Part shown: piece after piece, positions 27,574-27,868 of the stretch
Layout: every line of letters begins with the position of its first letter
Position numbering within the stretch: the stretch's first letter is position 1
Assembly (NCBI GenBank): GCA_003558085.1
Contig: PWMT01000152.1
Span: 1-27,868, forward strand
DNA length: 27,868 nt
Source: Methanobacteriaceae archaeon
Lineage (GTDB): Archaea; Methanobacteriota; Methanobacteria; Methanobacteriales; Methanobacteriaceae
Direction: 5' to 3'
Translations under genes and position numbers: made by a program
The notes under the pieces: generated by a model
The model's input: only the letters and a program-made list of their open reading frames with translations
Databases searched by the model: none
What the model was told of the DNA's origin: nothing

Positions 27574-27771
27574 TCAATGCTCTAGATAATAAATGGAATA
27601 TCCTAGAATAAATCCCAGTACACCAAAAATCAGCATCGCAGTTAAAGTAGATTGAATAACACTTATTATGATGAATTCTTCTTCAATCATACCCCATATA
27701 AAGAATACTGCCCCTCCGAGAACTCCTAAAAATAATCCTATTTTCAAGGCATACTTCAGACGACCTTTCAA
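27574..27771 (-). CDS. Small two-helix membrane protein
   Basis: 65 aa with two Gly-rich hydrophobic segments. TTG start preceded by a GGGGGA SD. Confidence 0.7.
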   Translation of the reverse strand: MKGRLKYALKIGLFLGVLGGAVFFIWGMIEEEFIIISVIQSTLTAMLIFGVLGFILGYSIYYLEH

Positions 27772-27782
27772 TTTAATTCCCC

Positions 27783-27868
27783 CTATGCAAGATTTTTATT
27801 ACGAGAAAATGTTTGGGTAACTTCTTGAAGCGTTTTAGGTATGTTAATGAGTTGTGGGCAAAGATTTA
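27783..27868 (-). CDS. 3' end of a gene entering from the right edge (partial)
   Basis: Minus frame is open from the window edge (NLCPQLINIPKTLQEVTQTFSRNKNLA) to TAG at 27785-27783, which abuts the SD of the next gene. Confidence 0.45.
   Translation of the reverse strand, partial: NLCPQLINIPKTLQEVTQTFSRNKNLA

Noticed and set aside
1-27868. CRISPR array, IS elements, rRNA, Sec/Pyl recoding
   Set aside because: No regularly spaced repeats, transposase ORF or long GC-rich RNA-like tract. The only well-supported internal stop is TAA, which is not recoded.

Overview
AT-rich archaeal chromosome segment. Gene content and protein style point to a methanogen of the order Methanobacteriales (inference). 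From left to right it carries a JAMM/MPN+ protease, serA, an AKR-like protein, and a divergent HTH regulator/tiaS pair. Next is a four-gene tricarboxylate-chemistry cluster of unknown function (MmgE/PrpD, cysteine-free U32-like protein, Fe-S hydro-lyase alpha subunit, citryl-CoA lyase/citrate synthase-like protein), followed by the complete A1Ao ATP synthase operon (H-I-K-E-C-F-A-B-D plus a DUF22-like gene). The right part has small hypothetical genes (one interrupted by an in-frame TAA, one 51-aa membrane ORF missing from the ORF track), an ATP-grasp enzyme, tRNA-Gln(TTG), purC overlapping a beta-carbonic-anhydrase-like gene, and a beta-CASP nuclease / YhaM-like HD nuclease / QueG-like Fe-S trio. 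I found no mobile element, intein or CRISPR array. The best candidate for an undescribed system is the cluster at 5613-9978. All family assignments come from recognising motifs by eye; no searches were run.
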